The notes: a model not told the origin generated them from the sequence alone. A DNA stretch of 64,000 bases from Candidatus Multivoradales bacterium (GCA_965223855.1 CBDCXM010000009.1:3008001-3072000), one strand, 5' to 3'; positions 1 through 10,612 are shown, counted from the stretch's first letter. Numbers and translations are program-made.

Positions 1-2301
1 GGCCGGACTGGTCGCATGCACCGCAAACTCGATCTCGACATGACGACCGAGGCCGCGGCGAGCGAGCGCCATGAGCTGCGCCAGCGTCTCGACGAGAGGC
101 AGCGACCGGTGTTTGAGGATGTTGTGAAAGGTCACGAGCCTTGGCCCCTGCCGGCTCAGGTCCTCGACGAGGCGCTCCTCGTCGGGCAGTGCGACGCTCC
201 CGACCAGCTCGAGCACGCCGTCGTCCTCCGCGTCGCCGAGTTCGAAGCGCTGGACGGCGTCCATCGGATCGACCGTCCCGTCGCCCGAGAGGGCCACCCC
301 GTAGAAGTGTCTCTGTGTGGACCTCAGGGCGACCCGGGGCGCCGCTGTCTGCGGCAGGACACCCGGATGCCGCGGACTGAAGCGCAGGGACAGCCCGCCG
401 TCGACGATCATCCTGCCGAGCCCGAGCGCGAGGTGCACCACACCGTCCTCGGGGCGTTGGGGGCCGATCGGATAGAAGTTGCGGGTCAGCGCCACTCCCG
501 AGACCGCAGGATAGAAGCGATCGCCGTGGCGCCCGCCGATCAGCTCCTGGATCATCACCGCCATCTTCTCGCGCTCGGTGGGCGCTCCGGTCGATTCGCG
601 GTAGCTGCAGGCGTCCCGGTAGTAGGTCGACGCCCAGACTCGGCGTACCGCCTCGCTCAGCTCCTCGCGGCGCTGCTGCGGGGTGGAGCAGTTGGGGATC
701 ATCAGCGTCGCGTAGACGCCGGCGAACGGCCGGTGAGCGGAGTCCTCCAGCAGGCTGGAGGAGCGCACCGCCAGTGGGCCATCGAACTGCTCGGCGATCG
801 CATCGAGTGTCCGTTCGACTCCCGCCGGCATCGGCCGCTCGACGAACCGTCGGTCGATCGCGTTGTCGTCGTCGCAGGCGATCGCCCAGGCGACGAGATC
901 GTCGTCGACGAAGGCGTCGAAGACCTCGGTGGTCAATGTCACGGTGCGGGGCACTCGAACCGGCAGCGGGCCGATCTGAGGGAGATCCTCGCGGTGCAGA
1001 CGCTGGTGGAGAAAGGCGAGCCCCCGTGCCTTGGCCCCGAGCGACCCCTCGCCGACCCGTGAGAACGGTCCCACGTCGGTCTCGCCGTCGGCGAACTCGG
1101 TGACGATGCCGCGTCGGTCGCGGTAGCGCGTCGCGCGCAGATTGTCGATCAGATGCCGGCGCAGCGCCTCGACGTCCGGGAAGTCCGAGATCTTCTTCGG
1201 ACGGAGTTGCTCTGCGAGCGCGAACTCGGAACGCGCCATGAGCCAGATCGAGAAGTGGTCGTGAGCGGCGTGAAACTCGATCGACTCCAGAGGCACCTCT
1301 TCCAGCCGCTCACTCAACTCCCGCACATCCGCAGCCCGGGCCACCTCGGTGCCGTCGGGAAGCCGGAAAACGAACGAGCCGAAGCCGAGCTGTTCCGCGA
1401 GGAACGACTTGACCGTCCGCACGATCTTGCGCGAACCCTTGTCGAAGAAGAGCACTCCGAGTTCCTCGGCTGCCGCGGCGTTCTCCGGTTCGGCCGAGTG
1501 GAGGAGCATCGGAAGGTCGGGAAGAGAGTCCTTGAGCCGTCGGGCGAAGTCGAGCCCGGCCCGCTCGTCCAGGCTCCCGTTTCTCGGAATGCCGATGTCA
1601 CCGATCAGGGCGACCAATCGATCTCGATAGCGATCGACGAGCTCGACCCCCTCCTCGTACGAGGTCGCCAGCAGGATCTTCGGCCGCGAACGGATGTACA
1701 CCCGCCGCTGCAGTTCGGTCAGCCCCTCGAAATAGAGAGACTTCGCCTGCGTCATGAGCTCCTCGTAGAGGAGTCCGAGGAAGGTCGAGTAGAAGCGTGG
1801 GGAGTCCTCGAGGACGAGGATCACCCGCACCCCGGCGGCGGTGTCCTGAGGCGTGTTGAGCCGGTCTTCCACCGACTTGATCAGGCCGAGGAGCACACTC
1901 GAGTCCCCGGTCCAGAGGAAGGACCGGTCGACCACCGTAGGGTCGAGCGATCGTTCGGCGTCCTCGAGCTCCCGCGGGTCGAGAGCGAGATAGACGATCG
2001 GCTTGCCCGGGTAGAGCTCCCTCACAGCTGCGGAAAACCGGTTGATGCTGTCGCCCACCAGGCTGCTCATCACGAGGATGAGATCGAAACGGGTCTGCTG
2101 CAGGCGCCTCAGCGCTTCGTGACTCGACGAAGCGTGGTGGAAACGCGGCGGAGCCGAAAGCTCGAGCGCCCTGAAGTCGTTGTAGACCTGGTCGCTGAGC
2201 CTCCCGTCCTCTTCCAGGATGAAGGCGTCGTAGGGCGACGAGACCAGCAGAATCTCGCGAACCCGATAGGGAATCAGGTCGTGAAAGCGAGTGACTTGCA
2301 C
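1..2301 (-). CDS. PEP/pyruvate-binding (PPDK_N) domain protein with N-terminal receiver-like domains; 3' end runs off the window
   Basis: Absent from the ORF track because there is no stop in the window. Translated by hand from GTG at 2301: VQVTRFHDLIPYRVREILLVSSPYDAFILEEDG...GSLGAKARGL...PLAVRSSSLLED..FAGVY...MAVMIQELIG. The + ORFs 16-1062 and 1153-2448 are its antisense shadow. Confidence 0.85.
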   Translation of the reverse strand, partial: MQVTRFHDLIPYRVREILLVSSPYDAFILEEDGRLSDQVYNDFRALELSAPPRFHHASSSHEALRRLQQTRFDLILVMSSLVGDSINRFSAAVRELYPGKPIVYLALDPRELEDAERSLDPTVVDRSFLWTGDSSVLLGLIKSVEDRLNTPQDTAAGVRVILVLEDSPRFYSTFLGLLYEELMTQAKSLYFEGLTELQRRVYIRSRPKILLATSYEEGVELVDRYRDRLVALIGDIGIPRNGSLDERAGLDFARRLKDSLPDLPMLLHSAEPENAAAAEELGVLFFDKGSRKIVRTVKSFLAEQLGFGSFVFRLPDGTEVARAADVRELSERLEEVPLESIEFHAAHDHFSIWLMARSEFALAEQLRPKKISDFPDVEALRRHLIDNLRATRYRDRRGIVTEFADGETDVGPFSRVGEGSLGAKARGLAFLHQRLHREDLPQIGPLPVRVPRTVTLTTEVFDAFVDDDLVAWAIACDDDNAIDRRFVERPMPAGVERTLDAIAEQFDGPLAVRSSSLLEDSAHRPFAGVYATLMIPNCSTPQQRREELSEAVRRVWASTYYRDACSYRESTGAPTEREKMAVMIQELIGGRHGDRFYPAVSGVALTRNFYPIGPQRPEDGVVHLALGLGRMIVDGGLSLRFSPRHPGVLPQTAAPRVALRSTQRHFYGVALSGDGTVDPMDAVQRFELGDAEDDGVLELVGSVALPDEERLVEDLSRQGPRLVTFHNILKHRSLPLVETLAQLMALARRGLGRHVEIEFAVHATSPA

Positions 2302-2375
2302 GGCCGTTCGATCCTAACGGGCGCGAGCCCGGCCTGTCGCAGGTGCCCGGGGCGTTGCCGGCTGCGGGCGGTTGC

Positions 2376-3719
2376 TTACACCAGCCCCTGGTCGAGCATC
2401 GCGTCGGCGACCTTGATGAAGCCGGCGACGTTGGCGCCCTTCACGTAGTCGACATGACCGTCGTCGATCCGGCCGTGCTCGGCGCACTGCTCGTGGATGC
2501 TCGACATGATCCCCCTCAGCCGTTCGTCGACCTCTTCGCGGGTCCATGCGAGCCGCATCGCGTTCTGGGTCATCTCGAGTCCGGACACCGCCACACCGCC
2601 GGCGTTCGACGCCTTGCCTGGAGCGAACGGGATCCGAGCCTCGTGGAACCGCTCGACCGCCTCCGGAGTACACGGCATGTTCGCCCCCTCGCCGACGGCG
2701 ATACAGCCGTTGCCGAGCAGGGTCTCGGCGGCAGCCCCGTCGAGCTCGTTCTGCGTGGCGCACGGCAGGGCGATGTCGACGGCCACCGACCAGGGCGCCT
2801 CGCCCTCGAGAAAGCGCGAGCCGCTGAACATGTCCGCGTACTCCCGGATCCGTCCGCGACGCTGGTTTTTGAGCTCGAGCACCCACTCGAACTTCTCTCG
2901 ATCGATCCCCTCCTCGTCGACGATGGTGCCGCCGGAGTCGGAGAGGGTGATCACCTTCCCGCCCAGCTCGAGGACCTTCTCGGTGGCGTACTGGGCCACG
3001 TTCCCAGATCCGGAGATCGCCACCCGCCTGCCCTCGAGGCTCTCGTCTCGTGTCGCGAGCATCTCCTGAACGAAGTAGACGAGTCCGTAGCCCGTCGCCT
3101 CCGGCCGGATCCTCGAGCCGCCCCAGCCGAGCCCCTTCCCGGTCAGCACCCCGGTGAACTCGTTTGCGAGCTTCTTGTACATGCCGAAGAGAAACCCGAG
3201 CTCTCGGCCGCCGACGCCGATGTCACCGGCGGGCACGTCGGTGTCGGGACCGATGTGGCGGTAGAGCTCGGCCATGAACGCCTGGCAGAAGCGCATCACC
3301 TCTCCGTCGCTCTTCGCCCGCGGGTTGAAGTCCGACCCCCCCTTGCCACCTCCCATCGGCAGGGTGGTGAGGCTGTTCTTGAAGACCTGCTCGAAGGCGA
3401 GGAACTTGAGAATGCTCAGGTTGACGCTCGGATGGAACCTCAGCCCCCCCTTGTAGGGGCCGATCGCGCTGTTCATCTCGATGCGGAAGCCCCGGTTGAC
3501 CTGGATCTCACCCTGATCATCGGCCCACGGAACCCTGAACATCACGACCCGCTCCGGCTCGACGATCCGGTCGAGGATTCTGTGGCTGCTGTAGCGGGGA
3601 GTGCGCTCGACGACCTGCCACACGGAGTCGACCACCTCCTCGACGGCCTGGAGAAACTCGGTCTCTCCGGTGTTGCGAGCGGCAACGCGGTTCAGGAAAT
3701 CGCTCTTGGACGACGACAT
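2376..3719 (-). CDS. gdhA: NADP-specific glutamate dehydrogenase
   Basis: GPYKGGLRFHPSV, LPMGGGKGGSDF, DVPAGDIGVG, RPEATGYG and GSGNVA motifs. Confidence 0.97.
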   Translation of the reverse strand: MSSSKSDFLNRVAARNTGETEFLQAVEEVVDSVWQVVERTPRYSSHRILDRIVEPERVVMFRVPWADDQGEIQVNRGFRIEMNSAIGPYKGGLRFHPSVNLSILKFLAFEQVFKNSLTTLPMGGGKGGSDFNPRAKSDGEVMRFCQAFMAELYRHIGPDTDVPAGDIGVGGRELGFLFGMYKKLANEFTGVLTGKGLGWGGSRIRPEATGYGLVYFVQEMLATRDESLEGRRVAISGSGNVAQYATEKVLELGGKVITLSDSGGTIVDEEGIDREKFEWVLELKNQRRGRIREYADMFSGSRFLEGEAPWSVAVDIALPCATQNELDGAAAETLLGNGCIAVGEGANMPCTPEAVERFHEARIPFAPGKASNAGGVAVSGLEMTQNAMRLAWTREEVDERLRGIMSSIHEQCAEHGRIDDGHVDYVKGANVAGFIKVADAMLDQGLV

Positions 3720-3964
3720 CTCGGGCTCCTTGGGGGATCTGTTGAAGGTCGGAAGGGGTCAGCTCGTGCTTCCGGCACGCGAATGGTGGGCCACCCGGTT
3801 GCCGGATTGCAACCCCTCCCCGGGGGATCTCCAGAGCTCGCGCCGGCCGATCACGCAGGCCTGTGACGCAGGCCTGGGCCTGGAACCAGGGAAGGACCCT
3901 CGAGGCGAGCCGCTCGAGCGTCCGCTCAGCGCCCGGGCGCACTGGACCGGTTCACGGGACTGGC

Positions 3965-5287
3965 TCACTGAACGGGGAGCAACTCCAGAACGGCGATCGT
4001 CATGGCTTCGACCCCTGACGTGACCGCCGGCTCCGGTTCGATGCGGAAAAACGGGGAATGGTGAGCCGGGGCGGGCGGACCACCCTCCTTCTCGGCTTCG
4101 ATCTCCTCCTCGAGTGTCCCACCGACGACGAAGTAGGCGCCGGGGACCTTCTCCTCCGTGCGGGTGAAGTAGGCGAAGTCTTCCGCGCCCATCCCCGACC
4201 GCAGATCGCGGTAGAGACCTTCTTCACCGAAGGCTCCCTCGAAGACCGGTCGCAGGCGAGCGACCAGCGCCTCGTCGTTGACCGTCGTCGGCGTGGACTC
4301 GAAGCCGTGCTCCACAGTGGGGAAGAGCGCCTCGTCGAGACCCGCCGATACGGCGATGCCTCTGGCGATCCTCTCGATGCCCTCGAGGAGGGTTTCGCGA
4401 GTCTCCTCGCTGTCGGCCCTGACCGTCAGCTGGAGCCTGGCCTCGTCGGGGATGATGTTGTGCTTGAAGCCGGCATGGAAGGAGCCGACCGTGACGACTC
4501 CCGGCTCGAGCGGCGAGAGCTCCCGACTGACGAGACTCTGCAGCGCGACGACGATCCGCGACGCGAGGTAGATCGGGTCGCGCCCCTTGTGGGGAGACGC
4601 CCCATGCGCTCCCACCCCACGAACGGTGATGTCGACACTGTCGGAGGAGGAAGCGATGAGGCCCGGCTCGAGGGCGATCTTGCCGGCGGGCTTGCCGGCA
4701 GCGACGTGCAGCGCGAGAGCGAAGTCGGGAACACCGAATCGCTCGTAGAGCCCGTCCTCGAGCATCGCCTTGGCGCCGCCGATGCGTTCCTCCGCCGGCT
4801 GGGCGACGAACATCACGGTACCGCTCCAACGTTCCCTCGCCTCGACGAGCTGGCGCGCCGTACCGATGAGCGAGGTGATGTGGACATCGTGGCCGCAGGC
4901 GTGCATCACCGGCTTGACGACGCCGTCGATGTCCTCCTGCGTAGCGGTCGAGGCGTACTCGAGCCCGCTGTCCTCGAGAATCGGCAGACCGTCCATGTCC
5001 GCGCGCACCAGCACACGAGGGCCTTCGCCGTTCTCTAGTATCCCCACCACGCCGGTACCGCCGACTCGTTCGGTGACGGCAATTCCGAGCTTCCGCAGCT
5101 CATCGGCAATTCTCCGTGCCGTCTCGGTCTCGCGGAACGACAGCTCGGGATTGCGATGGAAGTGTTCGAAAAGGGCGGCCAGGTTGGTTGCGTAGTCCGC
5201 ATCGATCCTGGCCCGCAGATCCTCGGAAGAGGCCGGCATGGCGGCCGACACGGCGAGCAGCAGGAGAAGGGTCCGGCACGAGCGCAT
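3965..5287 (-). CDS. M20D family amidohydrolase with signal peptide
   Basis: HRNPELSFRE, RADMDGLP, MHACGHD, QPAEE and GAEDF motifs. Confidence 0.92.
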   Translation of the reverse strand: MRSCRTLLLLLAVSAAMPASSEDLRARIDADYATNLAALFEHFHRNPELSFRETETARRIADELRKLGIAVTERVGGTGVVGILENGEGPRVLVRADMDGLPILEDSGLEYASTATQEDIDGVVKPVMHACGHDVHITSLIGTARQLVEARERWSGTVMFVAQPAEERIGGAKAMLEDGLYERFGVPDFALALHVAAGKPAGKIALEPGLIASSSDSVDITVRGVGAHGASPHKGRDPIYLASRIVVALQSLVSRELSPLEPGVVTVGSFHAGFKHNIIPDEARLQLTVRADSEETRETLLEGIERIARGIAVSAGLDEALFPTVEHGFESTPTTVNDEALVARLRPVFEGAFGEEGLYRDLRSGMGAEDFAYFTRTEEKVPGAYFVVGGTLEEEIEAEKEGGPPAPAHHSPFFRIEPEPAVTSGVEAMTIAVLELLPVQ

Positions 5288-5342
5288 CGTCAGGTCTCCA
5301 TCGTTGTTCGTTGTTGGAAGCGGCGATTCCCGGCGGGTTCGG

Positions 5343-7520
5343 CTACTGGAGATAGCCCAACGCCTTGAGACTCGCCTCGAGTTCGGGGTCGATCTCCGCC
5401 TCCGTGGCGGTCAAACGGTAACCGACCTGCAGCAGGGCCGCCTCGATCCTGGCACCCAGATAGTCGGTCGTCACCGGCCACTCGCCGGACAGATCGACCT
5501 CTTCCTTCGGGTCGGCGAGCTTGTCGAACAGCAGACGCGACGCCACGTGCTGGGAGCCGGCGTTCCACTTCTGCACCATCTTCCAACGCCCCTCCGTCAG
5601 GCTGACGGAGCGTGGCCCGTCGAGCTGCAGATGGGAGTAGAGCGGCCGCCGCGGTTCCGACGCCGCGGCGCTTTCGAGCGGCAGGCCGTCCACGAACGGG
5701 GGCTTCTCGGTCCCGGTGTGGGCGAGGATCGTCGGCAGGACGTCCACATGCTGTGCCGGTGCGGCGGTGCGCACCCCTTCGGTCTGCCCCGGGTACTTGA
5801 CGATCAGGGGGACGTCGAGGTTGGCCGCCCGCAGGTTCTTGCCGTGCGTCCAGGCACCATGATCGTAGAACTCCTCTCCGTGATCGGAAGTGAGCACGAT
5901 CAGGGTGTCGTCCCACAGACCCCGTTCCTCCAGCGCCTCGACGAGGGCGCCGAAGTTGCGATCGTTGTCGGCGATCTCGGCGTCGTAGAGGTTGCGCAAC
6001 CCGGGAGCGTCCTCCGGCAGCCACACCTCCTTGCGGCGACCCTCGAGGATCCGCGCCACGAGAGCGTCGGAGTCGGGAGCGAAGCGCTCGCGCAGGTCGG
6101 GTGGCGGGATGTAGGGGTGGTGCGGATCGATCGTGTGGAGGTAGAGGAAGAACGGCTCCTCCCGATCGAGCTCGTCGAGGATCTCGATCGCTCCCCGCGT
6201 GACGAACTTCGAGTTGCGGAAGTTGTCTTCGAACTGGACCCAGCGGTCGAACCCCTGGTCGAATCCGAAGCTGCGGTAGACGTTCGGGTTGGTGACGATC
6301 GCAGCGGTCTGATAGCCGTCGGCCGAGAGCAGGTCGGCGAGGGTCACCGCTTCCTCCATCAGTCGATCGCGCCGCCCGACCGCACCGTGCGCCTCGGGCC
6401 AAAGACCGGTCAGCACCGACGCGACCGAGGCACGAGTCCAGCTCGACTGCGCGACCGCACGCTCGTAGAGCACCGAGCGCGAGGCGAAGGCGTCGATGTA
6501 CGGCGACGTCTCGCGGGAGTAGCCGTAACAGCCGAGATGGTCGGCGCGCAGCGTGTCGATCATGTAGATCAGCACGTTCGGGCGGGTATCGGATGGGGGA
6601 GCGGAGACCGCCGGCTCGCTCGCGAGTTCCGTCGGCGGCGCGACGATTCGTGGCGCCCCCAGGCCCACTCCCGCTCCCGCAGATGCGCGATCGAAGTCGG
6701 TGCTGCGAAGCGACAGCCGGACGATCGTGCGTTCATCGAGGCCGAGATCGATCCTCTGCGGTGCCTCCGGGTCCGCAGCGGTGACGACTCTCTCGGCAGG
6801 AGCGCCGTCGGTCTCGAGAATCATGTCGAGGGCACCCGGCTCCTCGCCGCGAAAGAGCCAGCGGTCGACCTCGAGGGAACTTCCGGCCGGCAGCTCGAGG
6901 AGGTACTCGACGCCGGTCCCGGAGGGAACGAAGAGGAGCCCTCGATCGGAAAGAGCAGAAGGTGCCTCCTCAGCCGCGCGCCCGACCAGCCGGACGCCGT
7001 ACCAGGCGATCCGTACGGCCCGGCGCCGCGTCTCCTCGGACGGATAGCGCAACACCAGACGGTTGTCGCCGAAGCGGACGATTTCCCTCGGCACATGCAC
7101 GTTCACCGGACGCTTCGCCTGACGCTCGAGCACGACAGAACCGACCTCGACGCCGTTGAACTCGACCTCGATCGTCCGGGAGCGCTCCGGTCCGAGCGGC
7201 CTGCCGTCGAGTTCGAAGGTCAGACCCCGCACCGCCACGACCTCGATCTGGAGCTCGGAGCTGAACCCGGTGTTGATGACGAAGGGCGCGCCCCGCTCCG
7301 GCTGCTGGATCGGCGACCAACCCGACACCATCACCGCCCGCGATTCCTCCGCGGCGAAGTCGAGTACCGAGGTCTGGACCCGGGTGCGCGCGAGCGGGAA
7401 CCCCTCGAGAAGATCCGCCACGGGCGCGGTGGAGGCGGGGCCGCTGCCGCAACCTGCGGCGACGAGCCCGGCAAACAGCAGGCCCAGGAGCGCCGGGCAC
7501 CGCAGGCGGCTACGTGGCAT
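5343..7520 (-). CDS. Sulfatase-like lipoprotein (alkaline phosphatase superfamily)
   Basis: Lipobox-like LVAAGC; PNVLIYMIDTLRADHLGCYG, SSWTRAS, DPHHPY, TSDHGE; start refined to ATG 7520. Confidence 0.88.
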   Translation of the reverse strand: MPRSRLRCPALLGLLFAGLVAAGCGSGPASTAPVADLLEGFPLARTRVQTSVLDFAAEESRAVMVSGWSPIQQPERGAPFVINTGFSSELQIEVVAVRGLTFELDGRPLGPERSRTIEVEFNGVEVGSVVLERQAKRPVNVHVPREIVRFGDNRLVLRYPSEETRRRAVRIAWYGVRLVGRAAEEAPSALSDRGLLFVPSGTGVEYLLELPAGSSLEVDRWLFRGEEPGALDMILETDGAPAERVVTAADPEAPQRIDLGLDERTIVRLSLRSTDFDRASAGAGVGLGAPRIVAPPTELASEPAVSAPPSDTRPNVLIYMIDTLRADHLGCYGYSRETSPYIDAFASRSVLYERAVAQSSWTRASVASVLTGLWPEAHGAVGRRDRLMEEAVTLADLLSADGYQTAAIVTNPNVYRSFGFDQGFDRWVQFEDNFRNSKFVTRGAIEILDELDREEPFFLYLHTIDPHHPYIPPPDLRERFAPDSDALVARILEGRRKEVWLPEDAPGLRNLYDAEIADNDRNFGALVEALEERGLWDDTLIVLTSDHGEEFYDHGAWTHGKNLRAANLDVPLIVKYPGQTEGVRTAAPAQHVDVLPTILAHTGTEKPPFVDGLPLESAAASEPRRPLYSHLQLDGPRSVSLTEGRWKMVQKWNAGSQHVASRLLFDKLADPKEEVDLSGEWPVTTDYLGARIEAALLQVGYRLTATEAEIDPELEASLKALGYLQ

Positions 7521-8358
7521 CGTCCCGATCGATCGACAGCGGGATCGAGGAGCTTCCGCGACCGGCATGCACACTCAGCTGAGGGAAGGGGATCTCGATC
7601 CCCGCTTCCCGGAACGCTCCGTGGATTTCCTCCTGGAGACCTGTCTTCAGTTCGAGATAGCTCTCCTGAGTAGCCCAGACCGCGAGATGGAGATCGACCG
7701 ACGAGCTTCCGAACGCAGTCACCCAGAGAATCGGCGCCGGCTGCTCCAGCGACAGCGGATTGCGGTCGCAGACCTCGAGCAGAACCTTGCGCACCCGACC
7801 GAGATCCTCCCCGTAGCCGACCCCGAACTTCAGGTCCGCCCTGCGGATGGGAAAGCGGGTGAGCGAAGTGACCTCGGACTTGATCAGGGTCTCGTTGGGG
7901 ATACGCACGTAGAGGTTGTCGAAGGTCCTCAGCTTGACCGACAGCAGGTCGATCGACAGGACCTCGCCGATCGTCGATCCGACGCGGATCGTGTCGCCGA
8001 CGCCGAAGGGTCGTTCGCCGATCAGGAAGAGCCCGCTGATGATGTTCGACGCCGAGGTCTGGGAGGCGAAACCGATCGCCACAGAGAGGATCCCGGCGGC
8101 GCCGAGCAGAATCGTCAGATCGAACCCGACCTCGTTCAGCGCCGCGGCGAGGAAGAGCGCGCAGACACCGTAGAACACCGCCCGTCGCGCGAGCCGCGCA
8201 GCCTCGATCTCGACCTTCGAATGGAGAAGGCGCTCGACCGCGGCACCGAGCAACCGCGCTGCCACGAGACCGAGAGCGAGGATGAGCGCCGCGCGGGCGA
8301 CTGCGATCAGGGTCCCGGAGGTCCACCAGCGCTCGAGCAGGGCACCGAGGTCAATCAC
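7510..8358 (-). CDS. mscS: Small-conductance mechanosensitive channel (MscS family)
   Basis: AIGFASQ..NIISGLFLIGERPFGVGD, RIPNE, GIEIPFPQ. Confidence 0.92.
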   Translation of the reverse strand: MIDLGALLERWWTSGTLIAVARAALILALGLVAARLLGAAVERLLHSKVEIEAARLARRAVFYGVCALFLAAALNEVGFDLTILLGAAGILSVAIGFASQTSASNIISGLFLIGERPFGVGDTIRVGSTIGEVLSIDLLSVKLRTFDNLYVRIPNETLIKSEVTSLTRFPIRRADLKFGVGYGEDLGRVRKVLLEVCDRNPLSLEQPAPILWVTAFGSSSVDLHLAVWATQESYLELKTGLQEEIHGAFREAGIEIPFPQLSVHAGRGSSSIPLSIDRDDAT

Positions 8359-9175
8359 GGTCCATCCTCGAATCCGGCTGAAACAGGCCGAAGAAGGCGC
8401 GGGCGAGGAGGCTGGTCTCCCCGGGCGCCCTGGGCGACTGGATCGACTCCGCCCGGGCGGCTTCCTTGGGCGGGCCGGAAGCGACCTCCACCTCTACCGA
8501 ACCGTCCTCCCGCTCGCGGCGCATCGTCACCGCATTCGTCCACAATCGACCGTCGTCCGCCTCGAACAGCGTCAGAGTGCGGACCGGCAGTTTGACTCCG
8601 GTGATCGCGGACGGGGTCGCCGCCCGATTGACGACCCGGAGCGGGGTCACCGCCCTGGTCGTCGTGTGCTTGAAGTTCTCGAGGGACTGAACCGCGCGCG
8701 ACCGGCTGGCGTAGCACAGCTCTCCCTCGAGCTTCGACGGCCCGAACCAGGTATCGCTGCTGCGCCTCAGCGGACTCTCGACGACGACGGACGGAGGAGT
8801 CTGGACCTCGACCTGAGCCCACAAACCGGTCGAGACGTAGAGCGTCGCGCTCTGGCCCGGAAGCAGGTGCGTCGCGACCCGCGGCGACGCCACGACCGAT
8901 CGATCCGCCAGCGTCGGTCTGATCCTGAGGCTCGAGCTTTCCTCGTCGAAAACGAAGCGACTGATCGTCGCGAGATCGTCCAGGTCGAGCCCTTCCCCGC
9001 GGGAAAGGCGCCACTCCCGCTCGTCCCCGTCCAGCCGCTCGGCAGAACGGCTCACCTGCACCTGCCATTCGCCGAAGTCGCTCTGCACTCGCAGGTCCAG
9101 CTCTTCGGCACGCAGTCGCAGGGAGTCGCCGGACGGGAGATCGAAGTCCCCCCACCAGCGGTTCGGCTGTGGCAT
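8351..9175 (-). CDS. Hypothetical protein (DUF432-like), co-transcribed with mscS
   Basis: SDTWFGPSKLEGELCYA and PVRTLTLF motifs; 8-bp overlap with mscS; start refined to ATG 9175. Confidence 0.65.
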   Translation of the reverse strand: MPQPNRWWGDFDLPSGDSLRLRAEELDLRVQSDFGEWQVQVSRSAERLDGDEREWRLSRGEGLDLDDLATISRFVFDEESSSLRIRPTLADRSVVASPRVATHLLPGQSATLYVSTGLWAQVEVQTPPSVVVESPLRRSSDTWFGPSKLEGELCYASRSRAVQSLENFKHTTTRAVTPLRVVNRAATPSAITGVKLPVRTLTLFEADDGRLWTNAVTMRREREDGSVEVEVASGPPKEAARAESIQSPRAPGETSLLARAFFGLFQPDSRMDRD

Positions 9176-9272
9176 CGATGTCGTTTCTCTGGCAGTCACT
9201 ACGGGGGCGGAGTCTAGCCTGAACGGCCCTGGCCGGTTGACGCCGCAGGCCGCCGATGGAACGCTTCGCCCG

Positions 9273-9635
9273 ATGTTGAGGATGTCCATGGACCTCTTCG
9301 AGGCGGCGGTCGAGTCGGCGCTCCAGACGATCCCTCCCGACCTGCTGGCCCATCTCGAGAACGTCGTCGTGGTGGCCGAAGACGAGCCGTCCTGCGACGA
9401 CCTCGAGTCGGTCGGTCTCGGACCGGAGGACTCTCTGTTCGGCCTCTACCAGGGGGTGCCGCTGCCCCTGAGGGAAACCGGGGGCTTCGGCGAGCTGCCG
9501 GATCGCATCGTCATCTACCGCAGACCCCTGCTCGAGGCCTGCGCCGATCGCAGGGAGTTGATGCGAGAGATCCGCGACACCGTCATCCACGAAGTCGGGC
9601 ACTACTTCGGCTTCGAGGAGGAGGACCTGCCGTGA
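9273..9635 (+). CDS. Zincin-like minimal metallopeptidase (Zincin_1)
   Basis: LFGLYQGVP, PDRIVIYRRP, TVIHEVGHYFG. Confidence 0.9.
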   Translation: MLRMSMDLFEAAVESALQTIPPDLLAHLENVVVVAEDEPSCDDLESVGLGPEDSLFGLYQGVPLPLRETGGFGELPDRIVIYRRPLLEACADRRELMREIRDTVIHEVGHYFGFEEEDLP

Positions 9636-10612
9636 CGGCCGCCGATGCACGACCCCGGGCGACGCTCGTCGACTACGTGTCGATCGCCCGGCCGAGCCAC
9701 TGGATCAAGCACATCTTCATCGTTCCCGGCATCGTCCTCGCGGCGCTGCTGCAGCCGAGCCGTCCGGCCGATCTTGGATGGAATCTGCTGCTCGGCTTCG
9801 CTTCCGCCGCGTTGATCGCCTCGGCCAACTATGTGCTCAACGAATGGCTCGACGCGGAGTTCGACGCCCATCACCCGGTCAAATCCGAGCGTCCCAACGT
9901 CGTTCGCCGCCTGTCACCGGTCGCTGTGTGGAGCGAGTACGCCCTCCTCGTGCTCGCCGGCCTTGCCCTGGCGAGCCAGGTGTCGCGACTCTTTGCTCTC
10001 ACTGCGGCCGCCTTCGTGGTGAGCGGCTGGATCTACAACGTGCAGCCGCTGCGACTCAAGGACCGGGCGGTGCTGGACGTCGTGGTGGAGGCGCTCAACA
10101 ACCCGATTCGCCTTCTCCTCGGCTGGGCGATGGTCGACGGCTCGACGCTGCCCCCCAGCAGCCTCGCACTGAGCTACTGGGCCGGCGGCGCGTTCCTGAT
10201 GACCGTCAAGCGCCTCGCCGAGCGCCGTTCCGTCCTCGAACGGAGTCCGGAAGCGGTGCTGGCGCGATACCGGAGGTCGTTCGCCACCTACACCGAGAGC
10301 TCGCTGCTGGTGCAGGCGCTCATCTGCGCCGTCACCGCCGCCTTCCTGCTCGCCGTCTTCCTGGTGAAGTACCGGATCGAGTACCTGCTGGCGGTGCCCC
10401 TCTTCGCGGCCCTCTTCGGCCGCTATCTGGCTCTCGGACTCGTCAGCGGGTCGGCCGCCGAGACCCCCGAGCGCCTGTTCCGCGAGAAGGGCCTCGTCGG
10501 GCTCGTGCTCGCCCTTGCGGTCGCGCTGGTCGTCCTGACGCGCTGGGATCTGCCGTGGCTCGAGGTGCTGGCCGATCCACATTTCCTGCGGCTGGACGAG
10601 CTCCTGCCCTGA
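9632..10612 (+). CDS. UbiA-family prenyltransferase (decaprenyl-phosphate phosphoribosyltransferase-like)
   Basis: ARPSHWIKH, NYVLNEWLDAEFDAHHPVKSERP; multiple TM segments; GTGA overlap with upstream gene. Confidence 0.85.
   Translation: MTAADARPRATLVDYVSIARPSHWIKHIFIVPGIVLAALLQPSRPADLGWNLLLGFASAALIASANYVLNEWLDAEFDAHHPVKSERPNVVRRLSPVAVWSEYALLVLAGLALASQVSRLFALTAAAFVVSGWIYNVQPLRLKDRAVLDVVVEALNNPIRLLLGWAMVDGSTLPPSSLALSYWAGGAFLMTVKRLAERRSVLERSPEAVLARYRRSFATYTESSLLVQALICAVTAAFLLAVFLVKYRIEYLLAVPLFAALFGRYLALGLVSGSAAETPERLFREKGLVGLVLALAVALVVLTRWDLPWLEVLADPHFLRLDELLP

Noticed and set aside
16-2448. Long + strand ORFs 16-1062 and 1153-2448, and similar ones such as 5238-7673, 21840-25448 and 52817-54904
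   Set aside because: Antisense shadow frames of real genes, typical of high-GC DNA, with no recognisable motifs.
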